Assembly: GCA_963713825.1 (NCBI GenBank)
Contig: CAVQNG010000028.1
Coordinates: 1-26,003 of the forward strand
Reading direction: 5' to 3'
From: an uncultured Acidobacteriota bacterium
GTDB taxonomy: Bacteria; Acidobacteriota; Thermoanaerobaculia; Multivoradales; JAHEKO01
Length of the DNA: 26,003 nucleotides
In this document: positions 22,735 to 26,003 of the stretch, one piece after another
How the letters are laid out: each line of letters begins with the position of its first letter
Numbering within the stretch: position 1 is the first letter of the stretch
Program-made: the position numbers and the translations under genes
The notes under the pieces: model-generated
Databases searched by the model: none
Told to the model about the DNA's origin: nothing
What the model saw: only the letters and a program-made list of their open reading frames with translations

Positions 22735-25700
22735 TCACTCGACGATAGCGCTCCAGGAGTTGGTGTCCCCCGCCTCGAACCCGTCCGAGAAGAGCCTGAA
22801 CCGCAGCTCGAAATCGACGCCTGTCGTTCCGACCTGATGCATCACGGAGATCGGCATCCCAAGTGTGGGGTCGCAGGTCTCGGCGCAGACTATGTCGTCG
22901 AACAGCTCGTCGGCGTAGTCCTGGACCAGCACCGAGGTGTCCGTATGAGCGTAGTAGGTGCCAGGTGGCAGCCCGCAGGTCTTGAACTTGCCGTCGCCGA
23001 GTAGTGGACGCCGCCAGGTCACCTTCGAGACCGGGTCTCCTCCGCTGTCGAAGATGAGCACGTCGGTGCCACCGAGTGCTCTGGCCCACGTCTCGTCGAG
23101 CACGGAACCCTCGAACCAACCTCCCAAACTCAGTGTGAAGTCGATGCCGGACACCTCCGAGCTACCCGCGATCAGGATAGGTGATCCTTGGGCCAGGTCG
23201 CAGAACTCGCCTCCACCCAGACAAGCCTCCTCGTTGTAGAGCTCGTCGAGATAGCCGGCAAAGTTACGCGTGGCGGCGTAGTAGGTGCCTGCGGGGACCG
23301 CGCCCCAGGTTGTATAGGTGCCGTCGGACCTGACTCGGGCGCCGGCGGCGACTCGTCCCGAAGCAGTGACGATCACTACCTCGCTGTCGTCGATGGGAAG
23401 ACCGGTACCCGCTTCTGTGACCGTCCCGGAGACCTTCGCTCCCTTCGTCAGGGCGAAGTCGATTCCGGTCGTCGTGCTGCCTACGGTGACCGCAATCGAG
23501 GTCGCCGAGTCGAATTCACAGGCTCCGATGCATGGCTCGTCGGAGTGGACTTCGTTGACATAGCCCTGGCCGTTGCTGGTCCTGGAGTAGTAGCTGCCGG
23601 TAGGGACCCCGACCTTCATGACGTAGTCGCCGTTCGTGTCAGTGCTCGTCGACTGGATCCAGTTGCCCGCCAGGTCGTGGACATGGACGCCGATGTTTTG
23701 AAGGTCAGTGTGAGTGCTGGCGTCCGTCACGCTGCCCGAGATCAGGCCTCCCTTGGAAAGGGAGAAGTCGATGTCGTAGAGCTCCTCATCCGCACTGATC
23801 ACGAGAGGCTCACCGTCGGTCGCGACGCAGTATGCGCAGGGCAGGTCGTTGTAGAGCTTGTTGATATAGCCGAGGTCATTCCAGGTTTTGACGAAGTGGA
23901 GGCCGGCGGCGAATCCCTCATTGATCGTGTAATCCCCGGAGGCGTCCGTTCCAGCCCTGGAAAGAAGCTGACCACTCGAGCTCCAGACCTCGATATGGAT
24001 GCCCTCGATTGGGGCACCGCTGCCGTCCTCAGTAACGGTTCCCGAGATCTGAGCTCCTTTCCCGAGGTCGATGTCTATGTGGGCTGTAATCGAACCTGCG
24101 GTAACGACGATGGGCGTCCCAGTCGTTATGACGCAACCGAAGCAGAGAATGTTGTCGTAGAGCTCGTGGAGAAAACCCTGATCGTTCCATGTCCGCGCGA
24201 AGTAGGTGCCGGGTGGCAGCGCGGGGCTCAGAAAGTCGCCTGAGCCGTCGGTAGAAGGATTGCTGATGAACTCCCCGGTTGGCGTGAAGAGATCCACGAA
24301 GACCCCTTCGATGGGCAATCCGGATCCGTCCTCGGTGACCATTCCCGAGATTCTCCCGCCGGCGGCGAGCTCGAAGTCGATTCCTGGGGTCGTCACGCCA
24401 GCGGCCACCAGGATGTCGTCTCCTAGCATCAGATCACACCAGTTGGGACAGGAGATCCCGTCGTAGAGTTCGTTGACGTAGCCCTGATGGTTCCAGGTCT
24501 TGGCGTGGTAGGTACCGGGCGGCAGGCTGTTGTAGATCGTGTAGTTGCCCGAGCCGTCTGTCTTGCCATAGGTAACGTGATTCCCGGCAGCGTCCATGAT
24601 GTTGACCTCGACGTCTGCGAGGGGCGTGCCCATCCCTTCTTCGGTGACCGTGCCCGATATCAGCCCGCCCGAGCTCAACGCGAAATCGATTCCTGAGGTC
24701 GTGACTCCCATGTCCACTTCGATGGCAAGCCCGGACGACAGGTCACACCAGGAGGGGCAGATGATGTCGTGGTAGAGCTCGTCGATGTAGCCGAGATTGT
24801 TCACGGTCTTGGCGTAGTAGTCGCCCTCGGGCAGGCCGCGATCCGCAATGTAGTCCCCTGATGCGTTGGTCCAACCCGTTGTGGCGTAGTTTTCGGAAGA
24901 GTCGAACACGTCTATGGCCACGCCCACGAGAACCGGCCCTGAAGGGTCTACCTTGACGTTGCCGGCGATGGAACCGCCCTTTTCGAGCGTGAAGTCGACG
25001 TCGGTTGTCACCTCTCCCGTCTCCACCACGATCGTGTCTCCAGTAGTCGGGTCGCATCCGTAGGGACAGAATCTTTCGTTGTAGAGCTCGTCGACATACT
25101 GAGACCAGTTGTAGGTTGCTGAGTAGTAGTCTCCCGCGAGAAGACCCGCAGAGGCATAGTTGCCTGAGCCGTCAGTTCCGATATTGCCGATCCACTCGCC
25201 CTTGGAATCGAAGAAGTCTACGAGGATGGGCTCCAGCCCGACCTTGGTGTCGGCATCGGTGACGGTGCCAGAGATGGTGCCCCCCAAAACGAGTTGAAAG
25301 TCGATACCCGAGTTGTCGCTGCCGACAGTCACGGTGATGGGATCGCCGTCGGGGAGGTGGCAGTAGAAGAAGCAGGGGCGGTCGTTGTAGAGCTCGTTGA
25401 TGTAGCCTGTCAAGTCGAGAGTGTTGGCGACATAGTCGCCGGCCGCCAGGCCAGGCGAGGTGAAGTGCCCGGAGCCGTCGGTGATGGCACTTGCGGCCCA
25501 GTCACCATTCGAATGGGAGATGTTGACCAAAACACCCTCGATCCCGTTGGTCGTGTTGCTATCCGTGATGGTGCCGGAGAAAGTCCCGGTGCTGACAAGG
25601 GGGGTCTCTTGGTCGAGACTAAATGAGCTCGCCACGAGGGGGCGTCGCTCCAGTTCGAGTCCGGTTCGGGTAGCGAGCTCGGCTCGCAGCCGATCGAGCT

Positions 25701-26003
25701 CTAGTGTGAGGAGTCCGAGATGAAGCCTCAGCTGCGCCTCGGTTCTGACCGGGTGCTCCGAGGCCAAAGCCAGGTTCCAATGCTCGATTCGCCGCAGCTG
25801 GTCAGCGATCGACTGCAGGTCCGGTGATTCGGCGGTGCGTCCGGAGATCTCCTCGAGAATCTGGAGCTCGGCTCTCAGCGCATCGATCTGTTCGGTGGGA
25901 AGAGGTACCCCCCGTTCGGCTCGGTGTCCCGGAGTGGCTCCGGCAGCTGTTCCTGGAGGTGCGAGGCAGAGCAGGGAAACGAAGGCGACCGACAGGAGAA
26001 TCT
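22735..26003 (-). CDS. Large secreted protein with nine ~102-aa carboxypeptidase-regulatory-like (beta-sandwich) repeats and a C-terminal FxDGFE motif; 5' end lies outside the window
   Basis: The frame stays open from the track start (25767) to the window edge and reads ...ILLSVAFVSLLCLAPPGTAAGA (signal peptide). Repeat consensus GGxISGTVT..G.PI..V.V....G......TDGSG.Y....L..G.Y...T.N..GY..ELY....C..C....G..I.V..G....IDF.L. Ends RLFSDGFEAGDTNSWSAIVE. Confidence 0.88.
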   Translation of the reverse strand, partial: ILLSVAFVSLLCLAPPGTAAGATPGHRAERGVPLPTEQIDALRAELQILEEISGRTAESPDLQSIADQLRRIEHWNLALASEHPVRTEAQLRLHLGLLTLELDRLRAELATRTGLELERRPLVASSFSLDQETPLVSTGTFSGTITDSNTTNGIEGVLVNISHSNGDWAASAITDGSGHFTSPGLAAGDYVANTLDLTGYINELYNDRPCFFYCHLPDGDPITVTVGSDNSGIDFQLVLGGTISGTVTDADTKVGLEPILVDFFDSKGEWIGNIGTDGSGNYASAGLLAGDYYSATYNWSQYVDELYNERFCPYGCDPTTGDTIVVETGEVTTDVDFTLEKGGSIAGNVKVDPSGPVLVGVAIDVFDSSENYATTGWTNASGDYIADRGLPEGDYYAKTVNNLGYIDELYHDIICPSWCDLSSGLAIEVDMGVTTSGIDFALSSGGLISGTVTEEGMGTPLADVEVNIMDAAGNHVTYGKTDGSGNYTIYNSLPPGTYHAKTWNHQGYVNELYDGISCPNWCDLMLGDDILVAAGVTTPGIDFELAAGGRISGMVTEDGSGLPIEGVFVDLFTPTGEFISNPSTDGSGDFLSPALPPGTYFARTWNDQGFLHELYDNILCFGCVITTGTPIVVTAGSITAHIDIDLGKGAQISGTVTEDGSGAPIEGIHIEVWSSSGQLLSRAGTDASGDYTINEGFAAGLHFVKTWNDLGYINKLYNDLPCAYCVATDGEPLVISADEELYDIDFSLSKGGLISGSVTDASTHTDLQNIGVHVHDLAGNWIQSTSTDTNGDYVMKVGVPTGSYYSRTSNGQGYVNEVHSDEPCIGACEFDSATSIAVTVGSTTTGIDFALTKGAKVSGTVTEAGTGLPIDDSEVVIVTASGRVAAGARVRSDGTYTTWGAVPAGTYYAATRNFAGYLDELYNEEACLGGGEFCDLAQGSPILIAGSSEVSGIDFTLSLGGWFEGSVLDETWARALGGTDVLIFDSGGDPVSKVTWRRPLLGDGKFKTCGLPPGTYYAHTDTSVLVQDYADELFDDIVCAETCDPTLGMPISVMHQVGTTGVDFELRFRLFSDGFEAGDTNSWSAIVE

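Noticed and set aside
1658-24243. Many long antisense or alternate-frame ORFs (e.g. 1658-2470, 4576-5583, 5141-6052, 13312-14310, 21135-22115, 23188-24243)
   Set aside because: Shadow ORFs expected in high-GC coding DNA; they have no motifs and lie within well-supported genes.
22798-25590. Diversity-generating retroelement or recent tandem duplication behind the variable Cys loops
   Set aside because: No reverse transcriptase or near-identical template/variable repeat pair; the repeats are diverged throughout and the loops vary in length.

Overview
A GC-rich, densely coding bacterial window. The gene content points to Acidobacteriota, probably Thermoanaerobaculia-like (inference): an Acidobacterial VWA protein, two duplicated orphan ABC permeases (ADOP) with a PadR regulator, and a secreted protein ending in LFSDGFEAGDTNSWS. 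Left to right: a partial lipoprotein (-); a VWA protein (+); a three-gene operon (-) of ECF sigma factor, zinc-finger/TM/TPR anti-sigma factor and a secreted TPR-CHAT caspase-like protease; a divergent secreted beta-propeller protein with Cys-rich repeats and a knottin-like tail (+); a lipoprotein (+); a GNAT-fold gene with a small acidic partner (-); a PaaK/CapK-like ligase (+); ABC1 kinase, GT2 and ADOP (-); ADOP (+); padR with a double operator and a truncated partner gene; an MscS channel with a long coiled-coil; and a 5'-partial secreted protein with nine disulfide-looped repeats (-). I saw no rRNA, tRNA, CRISPR array or transposase. The best candidates for undescribed systems are (1) the CRISPR-independent CHAT protease / anti-sigma / ECF envelope signalling module with its putative knottin-bearing target, and (2) the GNAT + small protein pair, which may be a toxin-antitoxin or defence module. 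All family calls come from motifs read by eye, not from database searches.
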